Below are positions 8,916-17,854 of a stretch of DNA of 64,000 nt, piece after piece (positions within the stretch are counted from its first letter, which is position 1; each line of letters starts with the position of its first letter). The position numbers were made by a program, and so were the translations under genes. The DNA is from Gammaproteobacteria bacterium (lineage in GTDB: Bacteria > Pseudomonadota > Gammaproteobacteria > UBA5335 > SLRW01), in the NCBI GenBank assembly GCA_035638775.1, contig DASQZJ010000023.1, positions 10,827 to 74,826 on the forward strand, in the 5' to 3' direction. The notes under the pieces were generated by a model, which did no database searches, was not told where the DNA came from, and was given only the letters and a program-made list of their open reading frames with translations.

Positions 8916-11279
8916 ATGCGGGCCCGGCAGGATCCGTTGCCACCCTGTGGTTACAGAACGTATATTGAAAATTCGACCGGGAATCGGCGCAATTCCCGCC
9001 TCCTTGAGACACAGGCTGCCACGCAGCGGCCCGGGATCCCGGATCCGGCATTGGAACGATATCCCTACTATGCCGCGCTGGGCGACATCGGAAGCCTGGT
9101 GGCCCGCGCGCCCGAGCTGACCGAGCTGCTGCAACAGGCATGCGGCCTGGTGGTCGATCATACGGGCTCGACCCTGACCTGCGTGGTCCTGGCGGAGGAA
9201 CCCGGCGGAGACAACCCGCGCATTGCCGCCTGGGCGGGACCGGCCAGGGATTACCTGGCCGGGTTGCCGGTCTGCGCGCGGAACGGCGCCTCGGGCGGAG
9301 ACGACATCGTCGGTCGCGTGTACCGGCATGGGGGTCCGCTGGCGTTCGACGACACCCGCGGGGTCCCGTCGTTCGGGCATCTCTCCGAGGCCCTGTCCGA
9401 CAGTGACGTTCCCGCCGCCGCCGGCATTCCCATATCCATCGGTGAACGCTGTCGCGGCGTGCTGGTGGCGGCCGCGGCCCACGCCGGGCATTACCGGGAC
9501 GACCTGGTCGGCCTGCTCCAGCGGGTGGCCGAGGTGCTGGCGGTCGGCATCGACCGGGCCGAGGCGCGTGAGCACAGCATCCGGTTCCAGGCCCTCTACC
9601 AGGCGCTGTCGGACGTCAACGAGCTGACCGGTCTCCCGAACCGGGCCATGTTCATGGACCGGCTCGCGGTGGCGATATCGCGTGCCGCCCGCGGGGACGA
9701 GGAGGTCGCCGTGGCGCTGATCGACCTGGACAACTTCAAGGAGATCAACGACCGGCTCGGACACGGTACCGGCGACGAGGTCATCCGCCAGCTCGCTGCC
9801 GCGGTCGTCTCGACCCTGAGAAAGAGCGACACCCTCGCCCGACTGGGCGGAGACGAGCTCGTCGCCCTTCTTCCCCTGGAGGGCCGCGGAGACGGTATCG
9901 AAAACATCATGCAGCGGGTCTTCGCAGCGGTCGCGCGCCCGTTCCCCGCGGGATCGGAGAGGCTTTCCGTGCGCATGAGCGCAGGGGTCGCGGTCTACCC
10001 GCGGGACGGGCTCGCCGCAGAGGACCTCCTGCGCCGCGCGGATCTCGCCATGTATCGCGTCAAGAGGCAGGGCGGCAATGCATGGGGCGTGTTCGAGCCG
10101 GCTCTCGAGGCACGGCTGGTCGAGCGCCACCGGGTCCGGGATCGGTTCGCCCGCGCGCTGGAGCGGGGGGCGATCGCCTTCCACTACCAGCCGATCGTCG
10201 ATCTGCGAAGCGGCGTGGTTACGGGGGCGGAGGTCCTGGTCCGGTGGAACGACCCCGGGCGGGCAACGCCGGGCCCGGGCGACTGGTCCGGCGCCGTCGA
10301 GAGCGATCCGCGCCTGGCGGCAGAGCTCGGGCGGCGCGCACTGCACGTCGCCGCGGGGCAGCTGGGGCACTGGCATGCCGACGGGAGACAGCTCTCGCTG
10401 TCGGTCGACGTCGACGTCCGCTACCTCCTGTCCGAGCGCTTCCTGGAAGATCTCCGCACGGCGCTTGCGGAAGCACCCCGGCTGGCCTCCCGGCTGGTGC
10501 TGGAGGTCGCGGAGGCCGGCCTGGAAGATAACCATCGCCGGGTCGCGGATGTGCTCGCGAGCGCGCGCGGGCTCGGCGTGCGGGTGGCACTGGACGGTTT
10601 CGGCACCGCCCGGGCATCCCTGGCGTATCTGCTCGAGTTGCCGGTCGACGGGCTCAAGATCGATCGCGGTTGCGTCGTTCGCATGCTCACGGACGTCCGC
10701 GCTTTCGGAGTCGTGGCGACCGCGGGCCAGGGCGCCTGGACCCTGGGCATGACCACGGTCGCGGAAGGCGTGGAGACCGAAAGACACGGATTCCGGCTGA
10801 TGCAGATGGGCTGCGACTGCGCGCAGGGTTCCGCCGTCGCACCGCCGATGGATGCGGCGGCGTTCGGGGAGTGGCTCGCGGCGTGGAAACCACCGGCCTC
10901 GTGGAGCAGCCGCGGCGGGTCCCGGATGTCCCCGGAGCATACCCAGCTGCTGGCCAGCCTGATCCTGCATCGCACGCGATTCGGCTCGATTCTCGATGCC
11001 ATGGCGCGGGAGAATCCTCGAGGGACCCTGCCCGTGCCGGTGGGCTCACGTTGTCCCGTGGATCGTTGGGGGGACGCCAGGGCCGCGCGGCTGCTCGGCC
11101 GCCGGTTGAACGCGATCCATCGCCGGATGCACGAGATCGAGGACGAGTGCCTGCGGAGCCTGGCCGTGTCCGGGAGCATGCCATCGCGGCTCCGCGAACG
11201 GGCGGCAAGCACCGTGTCGGAGTACGAGCGCTCGGTGGACGCGCTGATCGACGCGGGAGCCGCAGAGGGCGGGAGCTGA
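8916..11279 (+). CDS. GAF-GGDEF-EAL cyclic-di-GMP signalling protein with an extra about 150-aa C-terminal tail
   Basis: ORF 8769..11279. The 5' end overlaps the divergent hydrolase, so it is trimmed to ATG 8916. An in-frame TTG at 9051 is an alternative start, so the start is uncertain. GGDEF region RKSD-x5-GGDEL (I-site present). EAL region EVLVRW...LDGFGT...KIDR...EGVETE. Confidence 0.85.
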   Translation: MRARQDPLPPCGYRTYIENSTGNRRNSRLLETQAATQRPGIPDPALERYPYYAALGDIGSLVARAPELTELLQQACGLVVDHTGSTLTCVVLAEEPGGDNPRIAAWAGPARDYLAGLPVCARNGASGGDDIVGRVYRHGGPLAFDDTRGVPSFGHLSEALSDSDVPAAAGIPISIGERCRGVLVAAAAHAGHYRDDLVGLLQRVAEVLAVGIDRAEAREHSIRFQALYQALSDVNELTGLPNRAMFMDRLAVAISRAARGDEEVAVALIDLDNFKEINDRLGHGTGDEVIRQLAAAVVSTLRKSDTLARLGGDELVALLPLEGRGDGIENIMQRVFAAVARPFPAGSERLSVRMSAGVAVYPRDGLAAEDLLRRADLAMYRVKRQGGNAWGVFEPALEARLVERHRVRDRFARALERGAIAFHYQPIVDLRSGVVTGAEVLVRWNDPGRATPGPGDWSGAVESDPRLAAELGRRALHVAAGQLGHWHADGRQLSLSVDVDVRYLLSERFLEDLRTALAEAPRLASRLVLEVAEAGLEDNHRRVADVLASARGLGVRVALDGFGTARASLAYLLELPVDGLKIDRGCVVRMLTDVRAFGVVATAGQGAWTLGMTTVAEGVETERHGFRLMQMGCDCAQGSAVAPPMDAAAFGEWLAAWKPPASWSSRGGSRMSPEHTQLLASLILHRTRFGSILDAMARENPRGTLPVPVGSRCPVDRWGDARAARLLGRRLNAIHRRMHEIEDECLRSLAVSGSMPSRLRERAASTVSEYERSVDALIDAGAAEGGS

Positions 11280-11327
11280 GACCCGCCTCCTCCGGCCCGT
11301 CGCCGGGACGGTCCGCGCCGGCCCGGC

Positions 11328-12575
11328 TCAGCGCGCTTCCGGCACCCGGCGGGTCTGCATGAACGCCTCGAACGTCTCCCCGCGCATCTGCGCGTACATC
11401 TCCAGGTTGCTCACGCCCACGGTACGGGCGAACTTCTCGATCGCGAAGAAGTTGGCGCCGGAGCGGATCAGCCCGATCCAGTCGCGCGATCGCACCAGCG
11501 ACTGCTCCTGATCGCTGAGCCCGGCGGCCGCCATCGCCGCTTCCTCGTCGTCGTGAAAGCGTCGCCGGCAGTCTTCCTTCCGGAGATTCCAGAGGAAGCG
11601 GTTGAGGGTCAACGCCTTGTGGCTCACGCCGATGTCGAACGGGTATGTGCCGTCGAGGCCCTCGATGCCCGCGAGCTGCGGGTTGCCGGCCGATCGCCGG
11701 ACGCCGGCTTGTTCCCCGGCGTTGCGCACCTGCTGCCCGTCCGCCTGTTCGTACAGGGTGACCGCCATGGCGGTGCTGGTCGCCAGGTAGTAGTTCCGGT
11801 GCAGCTCGCGCAACGGCCCCGGCAGGGCTCCCCGCATGGCGAGCCACATGATCTGCTCGACGCTCTCCGCCCCGCCGCGGCGCACGTAGTCCGCGTGGGT
11901 CATGTTCAGCAGGGCCTCGGGATCGTCGCGGAAGAGGTCGAGAAAACGCATGTCCCAGTCGGTGTCGTTGAAGCCCGCGCGCTCGCCGTGAACCTGGTGC
12001 GAAAGCCCGCCGGTGCCGACGACCACGACCCGGAGATCCTGCGGATACGACTCCACGGCCCGCCGGACCGCCTGGCCGAGGCGGAAGCAGCGGCGCGCCG
12101 TGGGGAGGGGATACTGCAGCACGTTGATGGCGATCGGGACGATGCTGCCGGGCCAGTCCGGCTCGTGTGGCCAGAGCAGCGGCAACGGGGAAGCACAGCC
12201 GTGGTCGACCGGGCGGCCCTGGAAAACGCTGAGGTCGATCTCGTCGTTGACCAGTGACTCGGCGATGTGCTTCTGCAGATCGACATCCCCCTTCAGCGGC
12301 GGGAGCGGCCGCTGTCCGGCGCCTTCATCGGCGATCTGAAAGCGTTCGCCGACTCCCAGCGCGAACGTCGGGTAGCAGTCGAAGAACAGGGTCGTGCAGT
12401 GGTCGTTGTAAAAGAAGACCAGCGCGTCGGGCTCCTGCTCCGCCAGCCACCCGGCGACCGCCTTGTAGCCTTCGAACAGCGGCTGCCATGCCCGTTCGTC
12501 CTGTCGCCCCTTGTCGTAGGCGACTCCAATGGTGGGCACGTGCGACGTGCCGATGCCACCGATGATCCTGGCCAT
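11328..12575 (-). CDS. galA: Gallate dioxygenase-type extradiol dioxygenase (fused LigB-like and LigA-like domains; GalA/DesB family)
   Basis: ORF 11328..12677 trimmed to ATG 12575 (MARIIGGIGTSHVP, GGAGGA RBS). 415 aa. The N-terminal class III extradiol (LigB) pattern ..FYNDHCT..VDHG..GGLSHQ.. and the C-terminal LigA-like segment ..LNRFLWNLRKEDCRRRF.. match the remembered about 420-aa GalA/DesB architecture. Confidence 0.8.
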   Translation of the reverse strand: MARIIGGIGTSHVPTIGVAYDKGRQDERAWQPLFEGYKAVAGWLAEQEPDALVFFYNDHCTTLFFDCYPTFALGVGERFQIADEGAGQRPLPPLKGDVDLQKHIAESLVNDEIDLSVFQGRPVDHGCASPLPLLWPHEPDWPGSIVPIAINVLQYPLPTARRCFRLGQAVRRAVESYPQDLRVVVVGTGGLSHQVHGERAGFNDTDWDMRFLDLFRDDPEALLNMTHADYVRRGGAESVEQIMWLAMRGALPGPLRELHRNYYLATSTAMAVTLYEQADGQQVRNAGEQAGVRRSAGNPQLAGIEGLDGTYPFDIGVSHKALTLNRFLWNLRKEDCRRRFHDDEEAAMAAAGLSDQEQSLVRSRDWIGLIRSGANFFAIEKFARTVGVSNLEMYAQMRGETFEAFMQTRRVPEAR

Positions 12576-13281
12576 GTCTTCCTCCGATGCCTGACGGCCG
12601 CCGCGTCCGCGGGACGTGCACCGCAGCCGGCGGCATGCCTGTTTCTCCGGCGCCCGGTTGTGCCGGGAGCGTCGCACATGCCCCGGCAGCCTATGGCTTA
12701 CAGCATAAACGCATCCCTCCGACGATCAAGTCCGGGTCCGCTTCGGGAGGCGTCGGACCAGCCGTCGAGCTTGCTGGAGTCGCGCTTCACGCGCCCCGGA
12801 AGAGACCGGCCGGGAGGGCCCTCGGGGGCTCGCGGAGGGCTGCGCCGCGATTTGCGGCTATCGCAAAATTGGAACTGCTATGGTGGTATTCAATATTCTT
12901 CGGCGAAGAGGGGGGTGTTAGCTTGCCATGACACGGGGGTCGCCGTCGGTGCTTGCCCGATCCCGGCATGGGCGGCTCGCCAGGACAGGGACAACTCCCG
13001 TGGCGTCGTCCCGGGCGTGCACATGCCGCGTCGGTGGCCGCACGTACGTGCATGGCGGCGCCTTGAGGAGCCTTCGAAAATGATCGCGACGGCCGGTGCC
13101 ATGTCGACGATGTCGAATGCACCAGCCCGGGCTGGCATGGTCGGCGCCCGCATCGTCCGCGGGGTCGGCCGGTCCTGCCCGGTGTCGCCAGGTGCCGTGG
13201 GTCGGGTGTGGCGACCGCCGCCGGCTCGCCACCAGGGACGAAGCCGTGGCAAGCGATCCGACCCATGCTGTGGAGGAAGAC

Positions 13282-14679
13282 ATGGCCGAAAAAAGCCTGC
13301 AAGACCTGCTGGACAGGTTCAACAACCCCGTCGAGTTCCTGCGTAGCTCCCAGACCGGCCCCTACGTGTATCCGGTGGTTCCGGCCGAGTTCACGAACTG
13401 GAGGGACGAGCAGCAGGCGTGGCAGAAGACCTGCGTGCTGTTCAACCAGTCCTACCACATGACCGACATGTACATAGAGGGGCCGGACGCGCTCAAGCTG
13501 CTCAAGCTCACCGGAATCAATTCGTTCGAGAACTTCGCGCCCAACAAGGCCAAGCAGTTCATTCCCTGCAACTACGATGGCTACGTGATCGGCGACGTGA
13601 TCCTGTTCAACTTCGGTGACAACCGTTTCAACATCGTCGGTCGTCCGCCGACGCACAACTGGCTTCGCTACCAGGCAGAGGTGGAGAAGCTCGACGTCGA
13701 GCTCGACCTCGATCCCCGCGCGGCCGAGCGGGAAGGGCGCGTGGTGCGCAAGGCCTATCGCTTCCAGGTGCAGGGACCCAACGCGATGAAGGTGATCGAG
13801 AAGGTCATCGGCAAGGCCGCGCCCGAGGTGAAGTTCTTCAACATGTGCCAGATGACCATCGCCGGCCGCACCGTGAACGCGCTGCGTCACGGGATGGCGG
13901 GCCAGCCGGGGTTCGAGCTGTTCGGTCCCTGGGAAGACGGCGAAGCGGTGAGGGAGGCCGTGGTGAAGGCAGGGGAGGAGTTCGGGCTGCGCCAGGTCGG
14001 CGCCCGTGCCTACTCCTCCAACACGCTCGAGTCGGGGTGGATTCCTTCACCCCTTGCGGCCGTGTACTCCGGCGAGAAGATGAAGCCCTACCGGCAGTGG
14101 CTGCCGGCCAATGGTTACGAGGCCGTCGCCTCTCTCGGCGGCAGCTTCGTCTCCGACAACATCGAGGACTACTATCTGACGCCCTGGGATCTCGGCTACG
14201 GGCCCGTGGTGAAGTTCGATCACGACTTCATCGGGCGCGAGGCCCTGGAAAAGAAGGCGAAGGAGCCGCACCGCACCAAGGTCACGCTCGCTCTCGAAAA
14301 CGAGGACGCCACCCGGGTGCTGAGCACGATGTTTCGTCGGAACAACCGTGCCAAGTACGTCGACTTCCCGTCCGCGGTCTACTCGAGCCACCCGTACGAC
14401 AGGGTGATGGTGGACGGCAGGACGGTGGGTGTCTCGACCTGGATCGGGTACAGCTCGAACGAGGGCAAGATGCTCACGCTCGCGATGCTCGACGCCGATT
14501 ACGCCGAGCCCGGCACCGAAGTCACCCTGCTCTGGGGCGAGGAGAACGGCGGAACCGCCAAGCCCACCGTGGAGCCGCACATGCAGGTGCCGATCCGGGC
14601 GATCGTCAGCCCGGTCCCCTATTCGGAGGTCGCGCGGCATTCCTACGCCGAGGGCTGGCGGACGCGGCAGCGCTGGTAA
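13282..14679 (+). CDS. ligM: Tetrahydrofolate-dependent aryl O-demethylase (vanillate/3-O-methylgallate or syringate O-demethylase; GcvT/aminomethyltransferase fold)
   Basis: ORF 13096..14679 trimmed to ATG 13282 (GGAGGAAGAC-ATG). 465 aa. Long collinear similarity to remembered Sphingobium LigM/DesA (..YVYPVVPAEFTNWRDEQ..NKAKQ..RHGMAGQPGFE..SNTLESGWIPSPL..SDNIEDYY..LWGEENGGTAKPTVEPH..VSPVPYS). Confidence 0.8.
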   Translation: MAEKSLQDLLDRFNNPVEFLRSSQTGPYVYPVVPAEFTNWRDEQQAWQKTCVLFNQSYHMTDMYIEGPDALKLLKLTGINSFENFAPNKAKQFIPCNYDGYVIGDVILFNFGDNRFNIVGRPPTHNWLRYQAEVEKLDVELDLDPRAAEREGRVVRKAYRFQVQGPNAMKVIEKVIGKAAPEVKFFNMCQMTIAGRTVNALRHGMAGQPGFELFGPWEDGEAVREAVVKAGEEFGLRQVGARAYSSNTLESGWIPSPLAAVYSGEKMKPYRQWLPANGYEAVASLGGSFVSDNIEDYYLTPWDLGYGPVVKFDHDFIGREALEKKAKEPHRTKVTLALENEDATRVLSTMFRRNNRAKYVDFPSAVYSSHPYDRVMVDGRTVGVSTWIGYSSNEGKMLTLAMLDADYAEPGTEVTLLWGEENGGTAKPTVEPHMQVPIRAIVSPVPYSEVARHSYAEGWRTRQRW

Positions 14680-14721
14680 CAGGATCCCCCGCCCGGCGAG
14701 GCGGAGTGTCGAGCACGAGAA

Positions 14722-14747
14722 CCGGCCCGGGCGCCTGCCCGGGCCGG
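14722..14747. terminator. GC-rich hairpin between convergent genes (possible bidirectional terminator)
   Basis: CCGGCCCGGGC-gcct-GCCCGGGCCGG, a perfect 11-bp stem. No clear U-tract. Confidence 0.4.
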
Positions 14748-14844
14748 GCGGGATCCGGGGCTCTCGCGGCCGGCAGGCGTCGGCTGGTGCTCCCGGACCC
14801 GGTGCCGCCTCCCGCCGCTTGCGATTTCCCGGGTGTGCCCGGTG

Positions 14845-15249
14845 TCAGGCGGTCAGTGAGATCGAGCCTTCGCGCCGCGAGAAGCGCCAGCCGTCCTCCG
14901 TCCGCACGAAACGGTCCCGGTATTCCCCGACGAGTTGTCGGCTCACCCTGCCGTCGGCGGCGTTGCCGGCGAACAGCAGGACGTAGCTGATGCCCGAGGC
15001 CGTCTGCGGGCCCTGTTCCGTGATCAGGAAGTTGGCGCAGAAATGCCGCGTCACCCGGTCGCGGGGTCGTCGCCGGAAGGAATCGAGGATGGCGGCGCGG
15101 CCGACGATCGGGTGCTCCGGATCGCTGGGGCGGATGAAGACGCCGTCTTCGACGAACAGGCCGGCGAGCCGGTCGTGTTCGCCGCTGTCGCCGTAGACGG
15201 CGAAGCGGCGCACGAGCCTTTCGCACTCGCGCGCGATGTCATCGCTCAT
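14845..15249 (-). CDS. SnoaL/NTF2-like fold protein (134 aa)
   Basis: ORF 14845..16416 trimmed to ATG 15249 (MSDDIARECERLVRRFAVY..., AAGGAGGG RBS). Pattern ..LFVEDGVF.. ..DGWRFSRRE.. is typical of the SnoaL_4 / ring-hydroxylating beta-subunit-like fold. ATGA overlap with the upstream hydrolase. Confidence 0.7.
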   Translation of the reverse strand: MSDDIARECERLVRRFAVYGDSGEHDRLAGLFVEDGVFIRPSDPEHPIVGRAAILDSFRRRPRDRVTRHFCANFLITEQGPQTASGISYVLLFAGNAADGRVSRQLVGEYRDRFVRTEDGWRFSRREGSISLTA

Positions 15250-15965
15250 GTTCCCTCCTTGCCGGCCTCTACCAGCCAGTCGCGCAGGGTGTCCGTCACG
15301 GCCTCCGGCCGCTCGGACGGGATCATGTGGCCGGCGTCCTCGATCACCGACAGCCTGCTCCCCGGCACCAGGGCGGCCATGTCGCGGTGGCGCTCCAGCG
15401 GACTCCAGCTGTCCTGGCGGCCGCAGGCGAAGAGCGTGGGGCAGCGCAGCCCCTGCAGCACGGGGGTGGCGTCGGGGCGTGTCAGCAGGGCATTCTGCTG
15501 CCGGGCAAAGATGTCCGGATCGGATCGGCAGACCATTGCGGTGAGCCGGTCGACCAGCTCGCGGTCGTCGCGGCGGTCGGGATGAAGCATCGGCGGAAGC
15601 CAGAACCGTGCGAGCTCTTCCATGCCCTTGTCCCGGGCCAGCGCGACCAGCTTGCCGCGGCTCCCGGCCTCGGAGTCGCGGGCCGGCTTGTAGCCGGTGT
15701 CCAGCAATCCGAGTCGACGGATCCGCTCCGGCGCCAGGCGGGTCATCTCCAGCGCGACCCGACCTCCCATGGAATGGCCGATGAGTGCGATGGGCCCGGA
15801 AACAGCGCCCAGGCAGTCGTTGGCCATGGCGGTGATGTTGTCCTGCCGCGTGAGGTCGGCAACCCGGACCTCCGCGAGGCGTGCCAGTTCGCGGGCCTGG
15901 TGTTGCCAGATTTCCCCGTCGCAGAGCAGACCGGGTACGAGCAGGATCGTCAGGCTGTCGTTCAC
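15246..15965 (-). CDS. Alpha/beta-fold hydrolase
   Basis: ORF 15246..16526 trimmed. There is no in-frame ATG near the fold start, so a GTG at 15965 (VNDSLTILLVPGLLCD) or 15989 is likely. Nucleophile elbow GHSMGG, C-terminal DAGHM. Confidence 0.75.
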   Translation of the reverse strand: MNDSLTILLVPGLLCDGEIWQHQARELARLAEVRVADLTRQDNITAMANDCLGAVSGPIALIGHSMGGRVALEMTRLAPERIRRLGLLDTGYKPARDSEAGSRGKLVALARDKGMEELARFWLPPMLHPDRRDDRELVDRLTAMVCRSDPDIFARQQNALLTRPDATPVLQGLRCPTLFACGRQDSWSPLERHRDMAALVPGSRLSVIEDAGHMIPSERPEAVTDTLRDWLVEAGKEGT

Positions 15966-16564
15966 GGTTGCCCCATTCTGGAGGGTCACCAGTCTTGTGG
16001 AAGGTATTGTCGGGTCCCAGGGCCGTCGTATGCCCTGCGGGCGCGGCACCGGAGGCGTCGGCCGCCATGGTCCGGGTCTCTTCTTCGGGCCGTGCGGTCG
16101 CGAAACCGGATGCGTGATCGCCGGGAACCCGGGTAGGAGTGCTCCGTCCGGGTCTTCCGCTCCCATTCGACGTAATTGCGCGGCGTGCGTGGCGGAATAA
16201 CCGCGGTCGACCGGCCGGTTCGCGCCGTTCACCGCCAACCGGCAGCCCGTGTGCCAGCGGGCGATCCACCCCCGGATTCCCGGTGCCGGGCACCTTCGGT
16301 CCGGGCATCGACGCGTACCGATGATGCCTGCGTTGCCCGCAGCCGCATGTCCCCGCGTCGACGGCGACTCTGCCCGGCGCGCGGCCGGTTCTCCCGGGGT
16401 TGGCGGGATATGCCATTCTACACGCCCGTGCGAGGCATTGCCCGGTCCCGTCGGCGGGAGCGCGTCACCCGCCCCGACGGGACCGGTCCTGCCCGGGGCG
16501 CCTGCGGGGCGCCGGAGGGGCCGCACCGGCTATGCTGACGGCGTGGCCCGAAGGAGAGGACGTC

Positions 16565-16933
16565 ATGCTGCACCGTTTCGAAGACCGTTCGCAGGCCCTG
16601 ATTTCGCCCCGGCGTTTCCTCCAGCGAATGCTTGGATACCTCGGGCTCGCGCTGGCGATCGACCTCCTGGTGATCACGCTGGGCGCACTGGGCTTCCACC
16701 ACTTCGAGCGCCTGACCTGGACCGGGGCGGTGCTCAACGCCGCGCTCATCATCACCGGCAACGGCCCCCTGGTACCGATGCATTCGGAGGCCGGCCGCCT
16801 GTTCGAGATCGCCTACGCCGTGTTCGGCGGCATCAGCTTCATCGCGGTCGTCTCCGTCGTGCTGGCACCGGTGTTCCACCGCGTCCTGCACGCATTCCAG
16901 CTCGGCGTGAGCGACCAGCCGCCGCCCGCCTGA
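16565..16933 (+). CDS. Small two-TM pore-loop (K+-channel-like) membrane protein with a non-canonical filter
   Basis: ORF 16400..16933 trimmed to ATG 16565 (AAGGAGAGG RBS). 122 aa: TM1 (GYLGLALAIDLLVITLGALGF), then a pore-helix-like TWTGAVLNAALIITGNGPLVP, then TM2 (GRLFEIAYAVFGGISFIAVVSVVLAPVF). Confidence 0.6.
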   Translation: MLHRFEDRSQALISPRRFLQRMLGYLGLALAIDLLVITLGALGFHHFERLTWTGAVLNAALIITGNGPLVPMHSEAGRLFEIAYAVFGGISFIAVVSVVLAPVFHRVLHAFQLGVSDQPPPA

Positions 16934-17038
16934 CGGGCTCCCGGGTGATCCGGATCAAGATCGAACGCCGCGAGCGGGCGAGAATGGGGAATGGCGGACG
17001 CCGGCCGCGCCGGCGTCCGGAACCGCGGGGATCCTGCG

Positions 17039-17854
17039 TTGTGTGAGCTCTTCGCCATGAGCAGCCGGATGCCGGCGGGGGTGCGCTTCTCGTTCCGCGA
17101 GTTCGCCTCTCACGGCGGATCGACCGGGCCTCACGCCGACGGCTGGGGGATCGCCTGGTACGAGGACCGGGACGTGCGCGTGATGCGCGAGCCGGTACCG
17201 GCCGCGCGCAGTGCCTGCGTTCGTTTCGTCGAGGCCAACGACCTGCAGGGCACGCTGGTGCTGTCGCACATCCGGCGGGCCACCCGCGGGCGCGTGTGCC
17301 TGGCCAACACGCAGCCGTTCGCCCGCGAAGTGGCCGGATACATGCACGTGTTCGCGCACAACGGCGACCTGCCGGAGCTGGACCATGCCCTCGTCGCCCG
17401 GCCCGGCGCCGCGTTCCACCCGGTCGGGCAAACCGATTCGGAATACGCCTTCTGCACCCTGCTCGACACGCTGCAGGCCGCCTGGCAGCGGTGTGCCGGA
17501 CCGCCTCCGCTCGCCCAGCGCCTCGAGGCGATCGCGGGTTTCGCCGAAAGCCTCAGGCGCCTGGGGCCGGCGAACTTCCTCTACGCCGACGGCGACGCGC
17601 TGTTCGCGCACGGCCACCGGCGGCGGCACGACGACGGAATACGCCCGCCGGGGCTCTGGATGCTGCGCCGCCGGGGTCGGCAGCCGGGCCAGTACCGGCC
17701 CGACGGCGTCGCCATCAGCTCGGCGACCGGGGACCAGGATGTCGTCCTGCTGGCGAGCGTACCGCTGAGCGACGAGGGCTGGTCACCGGTGCCCGAGGGC
17801 GAGCTGCTGGCGCTCCGCCGCGGCGGTGTCGTGGGCCGCCTGCCGCCGGGCTAG
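17039..17854 (+). CDS. Class II (Ntn) glutamine amidotransferase, YafJ-like
   Basis: The ORF 16991..17854 reading frame contains LCELFAMSS... This family starts M-C-E-L with Cys as the nucleophile, so I place the start at the TTG (17039) directly before the Cys codon. Also HADGWGIAWY and SHIRRAT motifs. Confidence 0.8.
   Translation: MCELFAMSSRMPAGVRFSFREFASHGGSTGPHADGWGIAWYEDRDVRVMREPVPAARSACVRFVEANDLQGTLVLSHIRRATRGRVCLANTQPFAREVAGYMHVFAHNGDLPELDHALVARPGAAFHPVGQTDSEYAFCTLLDTLQAAWQRCAGPPPLAQRLEAIAGFAESLRRLGPANFLYADGDALFAHGHRRRHDDGIRPPGLWMLRRRGRQPGQYRPDGVAISSATGDQDVVLLASVPLSDEGWSPVPEGELLALRRGGVVGRLPPG

Noticed and set aside
8979-8997. Inverted repeat CGGGAAT-N7-ATTCCCG in the hydrolase / GGDEF-EAL divergent region, considered as an operator.
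   Set aside because: It is real in the sequence, but it is a single 7-bp-arm palindrome with no second copy in the window and no associated regulator gene. It is too weak to report as a regulatory feature.
13100-13281. Possibility of a tetrahydrofolate riboswitch or other known riboswitch in the leader of the THF-dependent O-demethylase gene.
   Set aside because: I could not recognise the conserved THF-riboswitch core or any other known riboswitch signature by eye. A covariance-model scan would be needed.
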